DNA of 32,000 nucleotides, taken from Ignicoccus hospitalis KIN4/I. Its GTDB lineage: Archaea > Thermoproteota > Thermoprotei_A > Sulfolobales > Ignicoccaceae. A model generated the notes under the pieces. The model was given only the letters and a program-made list of their open reading frames with translations. It did no database searches and had not been told where the DNA came from. The DNA lies in assembly GCF_000017945.1 (NCBI RefSeq), contig NC_009776.1:480001-512000 (forward strand). Direction: 5' to 3'. How positions within the stretch are numbered: the first letter of the stretch is position 1; each line of letters starts with the position of its first letter. The translations under genes and the position numbers were made by a program. Positions 23,797-30,814 of the stretch are shown here, piece by piece.

Positions 23797-25030
23797 GTCT
23801 GGGCCCTACCCTAAGCCTCTGGGACTGACTATATCATGGTTACCCGCAGCGAATCTCCTCCCACAAAATAAGCTCGGCTTTGACGCCGAAAACGGTAGAG
23901 CGGGGTTGCAAAAGCTTTCGCTAAATCTAGAAAAAGATTTCACGTTCTTCACTGAAGGAGGCTCCTTATCGATAGACACAAAAGACAACTTGCTGGCTAT
24001 CGCGGTATCCAAGGCTTCTCCCAGAGGTGAGAGGAACGACGAGGAGGGGGGCCACGCGTACGTGGTCACGAAGAAGGGTAAAGTGATAATGAGCTGGAGG
24101 TTTGACTCGCAGAAGGGGTTTAACTGCGCCGCCTTCAAGCCCGACAGCGACGTAGTGATCTTCGGCAACGACGACGGTTCCTTATACGTTTTCAAGACTG
24201 ATGGTGAAATGATCAAGAAGGTTGACTTGGACGCCGCGATTTACTCGTGCGCCTTCTCCCCCTCGGGCTCGTTCGTGGCCCTCGGGACGGAGGGCGGGAA
24301 GGTATCGGTGAGGGACTCCTCGTTCGAGCCCTTGTGGGAATACTTGGCCGAGGACAACGTGTGGGGGCTGAGCTGGTCTCCGGACGAAAGGTACGTGGCC
24401 GTGGCGAGCCACGACGGCCACTTGTACGTACTCACCAAGCCCAAGGAGGTCTGGAAGGACGACTTGGGAGCCCCGGTCAACAAGGCAAAGTGGTGTGGCA
24501 ACTACCTGGCGGCGTCTACTTGGGAAGGGTTGGTGGTAACTTACGACGCCTCCGACCCGCAGAGCCCCTCTAAGCTCTGGGAGGGGAGGTTGGGCTCTAA
24601 CGTCTGGGGGCTGGACTTCGACGACGCGTGTTCCTACTTGGCGGCCGGCAGCAGAGGGTCTGACTTGGTGATCTTCGATACTGAAGGTAACATGACGCTA
24701 TCTGTGAAACCCGGGCCCGTGGACGACTTGTCTTGGAGGGGCCCCTCCTTGGCAGTGGCCAGCAAGAACAAGGTCGAAGTTTTCAAGACGATGAGCTGTG
24801 TGCCGTACATCCTTCCAACCCTCAAGAGGTTCAAGGCGGCCAGCTTCTCAAAGCCAGAGAACATAGATTTCATAGAAATGTCCAAGTTGTTCTACGCGCT
24901 TCTCGGAAGACCTAAAAAGGTCAAAGTTAATGGTGAGACCTACTGGGTTAAGGTGATAGACGGCGACTTCTTGTACATATTCTCCCAACACGACGGGGAG
25001 GTGGAGGTGGAGATAGTTGATGAGGGTTAG
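23795..25030 (+). CDS. WD40-repeat beta-propeller protein (start uncertain: ATG 23795 or TTG 23906)
   Basis: Repeats such as CAAFKPDSDVVIFGNDDGSLYVF, SCAFSPSGSFVALGTEGGKVSVRD, VWGLSWSPDERYVAVASHDGHLYVL and VWGLDFDDACSYLAAGSRGSDLVIFD. The listed TTG at 23759 overlaps thi4. Confidence 0.75.
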   Translation: MSGPYPKPLGLTISWLPAANLLPQNKLGFDAENGRAGLQKLSLNLEKDFTFFTEGGSLSIDTKDNLLAIAVSKASPRGERNDEEGGHAYVVTKKGKVIMSWRFDSQKGFNCAAFKPDSDVVIFGNDDGSLYVFKTDGEMIKKVDLDAAIYSCAFSPSGSFVALGTEGGKVSVRDSSFEPLWEYLAEDNVWGLSWSPDERYVAVASHDGHLYVLTKPKEVWKDDLGAPVNKAKWCGNYLAASTWEGLVVTYDASDPQSPSKLWEGRLGSNVWGLDFDDACSYLAAGSRGSDLVIFDTEGNMTLSVKPGPVDDLSWRGPSLAVASKNKVEVFKTMSCVPYILPTLKRFKAASFSKPENIDFIEMSKLFYALLGRPKKVKVNGETYWVKVIDGDFLYIFSQHDGEVEVEIVDEG

Positions 25031-25406
25031 CGAAGAGGAGGCGAAGAGGATAGCGGAGAGGCTGAACTACAGGTGGCCCGACCGGACGGTGGTGGCGGTG
25101 GCTCAAGAGTACAAGAGCGGGAAGGTATTGATGGTTGCCTCCATGAACAAAGAGGCGGTAATAAAGACCCTCACCACGGGAATAGTCCACTACTGGAGCA
25201 AGAGCAGAAAGGAACTGTGGGTGAAGGGGGCCACCAGCGGTCACGTACAAGTCCTAGAGAAGTTCTACTACGACTGCGACGCCGACTCCGTGTTGCTGGT
25301 GGTGAGGCAAGCCTCGCTCATAGCTTGCCACGAGGGCTACCGCTCGTGCTTTCACTACAAAGTAGAAGAGGGGGGAGTGAAAGTAGAAGAGCCCAGCTAC
25401 GAGTAG
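25017..25406 (+). CDS. hisI: Phosphoribosyl-AMP cyclohydrolase
   Basis: 129 aa with WSKSRKELWVKGATSGHVQ and YDCDADSVLLVVRQ...ACHEGYRSCF motifs. Confidence 0.85.
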   Translation: MMRVSEEEAKRIAERLNYRWPDRTVVAVAQEYKSGKVLMVASMNKEAVIKTLTTGIVHYWSKSRKELWVKGATSGHVQVLEKFYYDCDADSVLLVVRQASLIACHEGYRSCFHYKVEEGGVKVEEPSYE

Positions 25407-25552
25407 CCCATCGAATAAACTAACAAGGCTAGGAAGGCCGCCAAGGTCACTGGAGCAACGAACTGCGCTAACTTGCAGTTGTTCTTAAATAAAATGTAAC
25501 TCAAAACTAAGGACGCGACGAACACCGCTACCGGGGTGATCAAGGGTACCAC
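25397..25552 (-). CDS. Small two-TM membrane protein (51 aa) coupled to the radical SAM gene
   Basis: The GTG at 25552 overlaps the end of the radical SAM gene (stop 25540-25542). Product: VVPLITPVAVFVASLVLSYILFKNNCKLAQFVAPVTLAAFLALLVYSMGYS. The longer listed ORF is out of frame inside the radical SAM gene. Confidence 0.45.
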   Translation of the reverse strand: MVPLITPVAVFVASLVLSYILFKNNCKLAQFVAPVTLAAFLALLVYSMGYS

Positions 25553-26631
25553 TCGGCCGTTAGGCCGTGGAACTTGCCCTTGAAGTTTAGCTTGAAGCCA
25601 CACTTGGGGCAGCGGAAGTCGTCCGTGAGCTTCCAAGCTACTATATAGAAGCCGTACCTCTCCACCACGAGCTCCCCGCACTTGGGGCAGTACGTGTGTT
25701 CGTAAGGGTGGCCGGGGACGTTGCCTATGTAAGCGTAGTGCATCCCTAGCTTCTTGGCCAGCTCTACGTGCTTCTCTAGGGTCTCGACGGGAGTCGGCGG
25801 CACGTCCCTCATTAAGTAGTCTGGGTGGAAGCGCAGGAAGTGCATTGGAGTCTCTGGGCCCAACAGCTCCTTTACCCTCTTTATTAGCCTCTCAGCGTCC
25901 TCCAGCTTATCTCCGTACTTCGGGACGACCAAATCAGTAATTTCGATGAACCAGCCGACCTCCTTCATAACCTTCAAGCTTTCGAATATGGGCTCTGGGT
26001 CCGGGACTCCCATGAACCTCCTGTAGAACTCCTTGTTCGCGTTGCCCTTGAAGTCTACGGTGACGGCGTCCATGTAGTTCCCGAGTTTCCTTATCGCTTC
26101 CGGAGTGATGTAGCCGTTGGTTACCATCGTGTTGAAGAGGCCATGTTTCTTCGCTATTTTTGCGACGTCATACATGAACTCGAAGAATATGGTAGGCTCG
26201 TTGTAGGTGTAGCTTATGCCGTCCGCTCCCAAGTCCAAGGCGAGCTGGACCACCCTCTCGGGCTCCAAGTACTTTCCGTAGATCTGTTCCCTCCTACTTT
26301 GGCTTATCTCCCAGTTCTGACAGAACTTGCAGAAGAAGTTACATCCGGCCGTTGAAATGCTGAATACCTTAGCTCCCGGGTGGAAGTGCATCAATGGCTT
26401 TTTCTCTATAGGATCCAAGTTGGCGGCGGTTACGTAGCCGTACACGAGCGTATACAGTTTTCCGTTTATGTTGGCCCTAACCCCACAGACCCCGTAGGTG
26501 TTCGGGGGGAGCTTGCACCTCCTCCAACAGAGGTCGCACTCCACCCAACCGTTTCCCAAGTCCTTGGTTAGGTCGGGGTCGGCCTCCCTAACCCAAGGCT
26601 TTCCCAACCACTTCTTAGCGAGGTCTTCCAT
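25540..26631 (-). CDS. AmmeMemoRadiSam-type radical SAM enzyme (PFL-activase-like)
   Basis: CNFFCKFCQNWEIS (CxxxCxxC), an N-terminal Cys-rich segment (CDLCWRRCKL...GVCGVR) and a C-terminal zinc-ribbon-like CPKCG...CPKCG. Confidence 0.85.
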   Translation of the reverse strand: MEDLAKKWLGKPWVREADPDLTKDLGNGWVECDLCWRRCKLPPNTYGVCGVRANINGKLYTLVYGYVTAANLDPIEKKPLMHFHPGAKVFSISTAGCNFFCKFCQNWEISQSRREQIYGKYLEPERVVQLALDLGADGISYTYNEPTIFFEFMYDVAKIAKKHGLFNTMVTNGYITPEAIRKLGNYMDAVTVDFKGNANKEFYRRFMGVPDPEPIFESLKVMKEVGWFIEITDLVVPKYGDKLEDAERLIKRVKELLGPETPMHFLRFHPDYLMRDVPPTPVETLEKHVELAKKLGMHYAYIGNVPGHPYEHTYCPKCGELVVERYGFYIVAWKLTDDFRCPKCGFKLNFKGKFHGLTAEWYP

Positions 26632-26635
26632 GCTT

Positions 26636-27079
26636 TCAAGCCCCCTTCTTCCGGACCACGAGGACCGGACAGTGGGCGTGGTTGGCTACGTAGCGGGCTA
26701 CGCTGCCCAAAATTATTGCCTTGATTCCGCTAAGGCCCCTAGTGCCGAGGGCTATTAGGTCTGCGTCCAACTCCTTCGCGGTCTCCACTATGGTCTTGCC
26801 CACGTGGCCCTCCTTGATTAGGGTCGAGACCTTGAAGCCCTTGTCTTGGAACACCTTCGCCGACTCCTCCACTATCTTCTTGGCGTTCTCCTTAAGTTCC
26901 TCGAGGAGCTGTGCGACCAGCGAGGGCGGCGCGACGCTCTCTATGCCGAACTCCTCCATGCTGGGGATGACGTGAAGTACCACTACCTCCCACGAGTCCT
27001 TGTTCAACAAGTCGGAGACGTACTCTACGGCGTACTTGCTGTACTCGGAGCCATCGACGGCGACGAGCGCCTTCTTCAA
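26636..27079 (-). CDS. Universal stress protein (UspA family)
   Basis: 147 aa with KKALVAVDGSEYS, DLIALGTRGLSGIKAIILGSVARYV and CPVLVV. Its stop lies 4 nt before the radical SAM ATG. Confidence 0.8.
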   Translation of the reverse strand: MKKALVAVDGSEYSKYAVEYVSDLLNKDSWEVVVLHVIPSMEEFGIESVAPPSLVAQLLEELKENAKKIVEESAKVFQDKGFKVSTLIKEGHVGKTIVETAKELDADLIALGTRGLSGIKAIILGSVARYVANHAHCPVLVVRKKGA

Positions 27080-27128
27080 ACTCCTCCTCCCGCTACTAAA
27101 TACCTCACGAGAGGTTTTTGGATTGGGG

Positions 27129-27260
27129 TCAGCCGAGCGGCTTCTTCAATATATAGAGGAGTCCGAGGACGCTTAAGAGTAAGGATAGCGTTGCGAGCAC
27201 CAACACCATCACTTCGTCGAGCGCGGTTCCCGGTCGGAAGCGTCTGGGTCCGGCCACCAA
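27129..27260 (-). CDS. Candidate 43-aa single-TM micro-protein
   Basis: Hand-translated as (TTG)VAGPRRFRPGTALDEVMVLVLATLSLLLSVLGLLYILKKPLG. It is preceded by GGAGGGAGGTGATC, which ends 7 nt before the start. This is more protein-like than the overlapping listed 89-aa R/P-rich ORF. Confidence 0.4.
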   Translation of the reverse strand: MVAGPRRFRPGTALDEVMVLVLATLSLLLSVLGLLYILKKPLG

Positions 27261-27378
27261 TAGCCTGATCACCTCCCTCCTCCTCCCGGGGCCTAGTAGA
27301 GAGTGGAGAGCATTTCACACTGGGTCTTCGGGGGGTTACCTTCAACTACGTTTTCGAGGACGTCCACGAACTTCTTAA

Positions 27379-28251
27379 TTATGGAGAGCGCGGGGCTGGA
27401 CTCTGGGGGTAGTTCAAAGAGGCCGGAGAGGCTAGGCTCTCCGCGAAGACGTCGTAAAGCTTGCCGTCGAAGGGTATGGCCATCGCTACCCGCCCGTTCA
27501 CCTCCTTGCAGAGCTCCAAGGCGTACTCCTTCGCCTTGTTAAACTCCTCCGGGGTCGGCCGGACCATGTTTATTATGGTACCGAGGACCGGGATGTTCTT
27601 AGTGTACCTCTGGTGCAGCTGAGCTATCAGCTGCACCATGTTAGGGTTGCTGTCGGAAAGCAAGTTTATCCAAGAGCTAGTAGTGGAGAGCAAGTGCTGA
27701 TACGTGTAATAGGTAGCCCACGAGGGGACCGGGTAGTCGTTGAACACTACGTCATACTCCTTTGCGAGCTTCTCTACCGAGCCTTTCATCTTGTTAACTA
27801 TCTTAATTACCTTCGACGTCTCGTTCATTTCCTCTAACAATCTGTTTATGTTATCTGGAACGTCGTCTTCGGTCACCGCAGGGACCAAGTGTACGGTCAC
27901 CGACCCCCTCCTACCGCTGATTACGGTATCCCTAACTGCCTCGGTTATATCCATCATACCTATTAGTACTTTCACCAAGCTCGGGCCCTCCTTTAGTTCC
28001 TTCAACAACCTCAAGGAGAGTCGCGGGCTCATGATGTCCCAGTCGATGAAGACCACCTCTCTGCCCCTTAGCACGAGCTGAACGCCGCTCTCCAGCTGTA
28101 TAGTGGTCTTACCGATGCCTCCCTTAGGGGACGAGTTGCCTATCGCGTTAGGTACAGTTACCCTCTCCTTCTTGACAGCCTCTAGATCAATGTTGGTACT
28201 GACCTTTTTACGCATGAATATGAGCCTCAGTAACTTCAGCAAGTTTACCAC
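27379..28251 (-). CDS. ParA/MinD-family (deviant Walker A) ATPase, orphan
   Basis: Deviant Walker A SSPKGGIGKTT, Walker A' VVFIDWD and Walker B-like YDVVFNDYP. A ~35-aa N-terminal extension is present. GAGGTGA lies 8 nt upstream of the GTG at 28251. Confidence 0.8.
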   Translation of the reverse strand: MVNLLKLLRLIFMRKKVSTNIDLEAVKKERVTVPNAIGNSSPKGGIGKTTIQLESGVQLVLRGREVVFIDWDIMSPRLSLRLLKELKEGPSLVKVLIGMMDITEAVRDTVISGRRGSVTVHLVPAVTEDDVPDNINRLLEEMNETSKVIKIVNKMKGSVEKLAKEYDVVFNDYPVPSWATYYTYQHLLSTTSSWINLLSDSNPNMVQLIAQLHQRYTKNIPVLGTIINMVRPTPEEFNKAKEYALELCKEVNGRVAMAIPFDGKLYDVFAESLASPASLNYPQSPAPRSP

Positions 28252-28316
28252 AGGTCGGTCACCTCTTCCTCCTCTCTTTCCTTCGAGAGCTAGTAGATCT
28301 AGAAATCTTTAACGTT

Positions 28317-29027
28317 TCATCCTTGTCGACAAGGTACTACCCGCGTGCCCGGGCACTCCCCCTTCAAGAACTTCTCGAAGTTGACGACCTTTAGGCCGTT
28401 GAAGATGCACACCTCAGCGTAGCGCGCCGCCTCTTCCAGTACTTCTAGCTTCTTTCTCATTCCTCCGGTCACGTCTATGCCCTCGCTTCCCTTGGCCTCT
28501 ACGTCACAAGGGCTCGCCTCCTTCAAAGGGCCCCCTTTCGGGGGCCACGTCTCGTAAACCCCGTCGACGTCTGTCGCGACGCCGGCCCTCTCGGCGCCTA
28601 ACTCCTTCACGAGCTCGACCACTATCTCGTCGCCCGAAAGGACCCTTCCGGGGGGGACTACGTTACCCTGGACCACCGGGACCCAACCGGCCTTCGCGGC
28701 CAGCGCGAGGGGGCGAACGTTCAGCCTCCCGTCCCAAAGGGAGGGGGTGGAGTAGGGCGCGAATGGTTGGCCCAAGGCTTCGACTACCAAATTGGTCATT
28801 AAGTTCATTACCCTTATTACCTCAAAGCCTTTGTCCGCGAGGGTGTGCCCGCTCTCTATTATTTCCTTAACCTTTGGGTGGCCGAAGCTCCCCCCTCCGT
28901 GGACCACCACCAGCTCGCCGGCGTACTCCCTCAAGGAGTTGCCGATCTTCCCTATCAGTTCTTTGTTCAAGCTGTAGGGCACCTTCTTGTTGCTTATTAC
29001 GCTGCCCCCTAACTTTATCACTATCAA
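28317..29027 (-). CDS. ipk: Isopentenyl phosphate kinase
   Basis: 236 aa of the amino-acid-kinase fold. IKLGGSVISNKKVPYS and VVVHGGGSFGHP closely resemble archaeal IPKs. Confidence 0.8.
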   Translation of the reverse strand: MIVIKLGGSVISNKKVPYSLNKELIGKIGNSLREYAGELVVVHGGGSFGHPKVKEIIESGHTLADKGFEVIRVMNLMTNLVVEALGQPFAPYSTPSLWDGRLNVRPLALAAKAGWVPVVQGNVVPPGRVLSGDEIVVELVKELGAERAGVATDVDGVYETWPPKGGPLKEASPCDVEAKGSEGIDVTGGMRKKLEVLEEAARYAEVCIFNGLKVVNFEKFLKGECPGTRVVPCRQG

Positions 29028-29119
29028 CCCGTACGGCCCCCGAGAGCCGATGAGGAGCAGTGGGTCTGGCTAAAAACGGTGGCCGGGAACCCAAAGGCTG
29101 AGGCGTAAATTGAATTAAA

Positions 29120-29455
29120 GGTTGCTGGCGGCCCGAGGCCGCTATAGCCCACCTTCTGTACTGCGGCGGCATTTGGCTGAGCGGCCCTCCGGGACCCTCG
29201 CGCGGCCCTCCTCGGGTCCCAACGGCCTTGCTCCCCGGGGGGCGGCCGTTTCAGCCCGCCCGTCGGCTCACCGCTCCGGGTAGGGCCGCCCGTCGCCGGG
29301 GGCCCTCCCCTTCACGACTCCCCGAGGGGGGTCTCGTTTCTGTGCCGTTGCCCGGGCTCTCAACCCGGTCCCTCGCGGGACCCCGGCGCCGCGGGGAGGG
29401 TGGAGCTTCCTCAGGGCCTTGGAGGCCCCGTGGCCGCCAGCGGCCTCGGGCCGGG
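29120..29455 (-). ncRNA. rnpB: RNase P RNA (archaeal type A)
   Basis: Read on the minus strand. P1 is GGCCCGAGGCCGCU (5') pairing with AGCGGCCUCGGGCC (3'). CR-I-like GAGGAAGCUCCACC pairs with CR-V-like ACAGAAGGUGGGCUAUAG to form P4 with a single bulged U. GGCAACGGCACAGAAACG, GUGAAGGGGAGG, GCUGAAACGGCC, GGGGAGCAAGGCC and CAAAUGCC blocks are also present. A TATA box lies ~25 nt upstream and a T-rich tract (CCUUUAAUUCAAUUU) lies at the 3' end. Ends are accurate to about ±5 nt. Confidence 0.88.
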
Positions 29456-29474
29456 TGCCCTTCCTCGAAACGTC

Positions 29475-29482
29475 CTATTTAA
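29475..29482 (-). promoter_or_regulatory. TATA box (TTAAATAG) for RNase P RNA
   Basis: The same octamer occurs at the tRNA-Arg and beta-propeller promoters. It is centred ~26 nt upstream of the first P1 nucleotide. Confidence 0.5.
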
Positions 29483-29500
29483 TTCGGGCTCTTCGCGAAG

Positions 29501-30814
29501 CTAGAACTCGTCTACAGTCTTGTTGTCGACCTTCAAGGAGCCCGTCACGGGCTCACCGCTGATTTTGTTCTTTTCCACTTCTTCTGCCAACAACTTCATG
29601 ATAACGTAAAATTGCAGCAACGCAAACGTGACATAGGGGAGGTTGTAGTAGCCCAGTTTCTTCGCTTCCTCCCACTTGTCCACCCTCCTGGGGCTCTCAA
29701 CGCGAGCTAACTTTGACAACGGAGTCTCCTTCCACATCTCCTTGATGCCGTTGTCCTCGGTTAATATAACCTTGCCGTCCAAGAGGAGGGGGTCTATCTG
29801 GAAGAAGGCCTTGTCGCACAAGTCGGTCGGGCTCGGAAAGACTAGGGCTTTCGCCTCCTCCATTACGTACTTGGCGAGGAGGCCGTAATAATTGGGGTTG
29901 GACCTCTTCAAACTTTCCTCGTACTTGTGCAAGAGTTCGTAGAGCGCGCACCTAGGCACTCTGGCCCGGAGGAGGCCGGCGTTGTGTAAGTTCAACGCCC
30001 CTATCAAGATGCTTGAAGTGTCCAAGATGTACTCCGTTGAGGCCCCCTCACCCCCCACCTTGATGGGGAGGAGGCCGGAGAGGTAGAGCGAGCTGTCGAA
30101 GCCCATCCAACTCCTCGAGCTTCTGCTCGCCTTGATGAACTCTTTCATGGCTCTCAAAGACGTGCTGAAGACCTTCTTGGTTTCCTCTTCCTCATTGCCG
30201 CACAGCTTAAATTTGACGCTCATAATGTTGAAGCCGCCCATCATCGCGTCTACCTTTACCTCGATTTCTGGACACTTCCTATCAGTAGCCTCGTTTATCC
30301 TCTTGGTCAGCTCGGCCACCCTTTTCCTTATAGGTCCCAAATGGTTCAGCTCGACCTTTATCTTGTCGGCATAATTAGTGAACTTCGTGTTGAAGTCACT
30401 CGAAGGCAAAAAGTAGACCTTCTGGAAGGTTCGGGGCACGTAGGGGAAGTACAGACCTCTCCATAAAGAGAAGGGGAAGCTCACGTGTGCTATAGTATTG
30501 AAGGCCTTCGAAGCGGCCGCGGCGAGGGAAGCGCCCCCGGGGGAGACCGCCACGACGTCCGCCTTGACCTCCTTCAACTTTTTAACTCTCTCCTCCAAAT
30601 CTGAATCAGAGTCGCTGGGGACCTCCTTCATCTCGACTTTAAACCCCGCCTTCTCTAGGAACTCCTTGAAGGTCTTAGCGTTCATCCTAGCTCCTTCCGA
30701 GCTAGTGTAAACTATTGTTACCTCCTCCGCGCCCAGCTCCTCCAAGACCCTAACCGAGGAAAAGGCGGCCTCGAGGTTGGGTCTCCCGGCTACGAGCAAA
30801 ACCGCGACCTTCAT
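29501..30814 (-). CDS. Two-domain protein: N-terminal Rossmann/CARF-like domain plus C-terminal PIN-like nuclease domain
   Basis: The ATG at 30814 overlaps the glyS TGA (ATGA). The N-terminus has alternating beta/alpha pattern (KVAVLLVAG, EVTIVYTS, FKVEMKEV, DVVAVSPGGAS). The C-terminus reads YILDTSSILIG...YELL...VILTEDNGI, a PIN-type acidic pattern. The listed 36 upstream codons lie inside glyS. Confidence 0.65.
   Translation of the reverse strand: MKVAVLLVAGRPNLEAAFSSVRVLEELGAEEVTIVYTSSEGARMNAKTFKEFLEKAGFKVEMKEVPSDSDSDLEERVKKLKEVKADVVAVSPGGASLAAAASKAFNTIAHVSFPFSLWRGLYFPYVPRTFQKVYFLPSSDFNTKFTNYADKIKVELNHLGPIRKRVAELTKRINEATDRKCPEIEVKVDAMMGGFNIMSVKFKLCGNEEEETKKVFSTSLRAMKEFIKASRSSRSWMGFDSSLYLSGLLPIKVGGEGASTEYILDTSSILIGALNLHNAGLLRARVPRCALYELLHKYEESLKRSNPNYYGLLAKYVMEEAKALVFPSPTDLCDKAFFQIDPLLLDGKVILTEDNGIKEMWKETPLSKLARVESPRRVDKWEEAKKLGYYNLPYVTFALLQFYVIMKLLAEEVEKNKISGEPVTGSLKVDNKTVDEF

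Noticed and set aside
27076-27345. Listed 89-aa minus-strand ORF between the ParA-like gene and uspA
   Set aside because: R/P/G-rich with no hydrophobic core or motif. A different frame in the same region gives an SD-preceded TM micro-ORF that looks more protein-like. Neither is proven.
29045-29105. Possible C/D-box sRNA on the plus strand (CCGAUGA … 12 nt … CUGG … CUGA, with GCC/GGC terminal pairing)
   Set aside because: The C box lacks the conserved U (CGAUGA rather than UGAUGA), the D' box is CUGG, and no recognisable C' box is present. No promoter is evident. The A-rich core is equally well explained as the ipk TATA box on the other strand. Only worth a covariance or snoscan-type check.
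28867-29482. Listed ORFs 28867-29172 (minus strand) and 29228-29482 (plus strand)
   Set aside because: They lie on the RNase P RNA gene. Their translations are R/P/G-rich nonsense.
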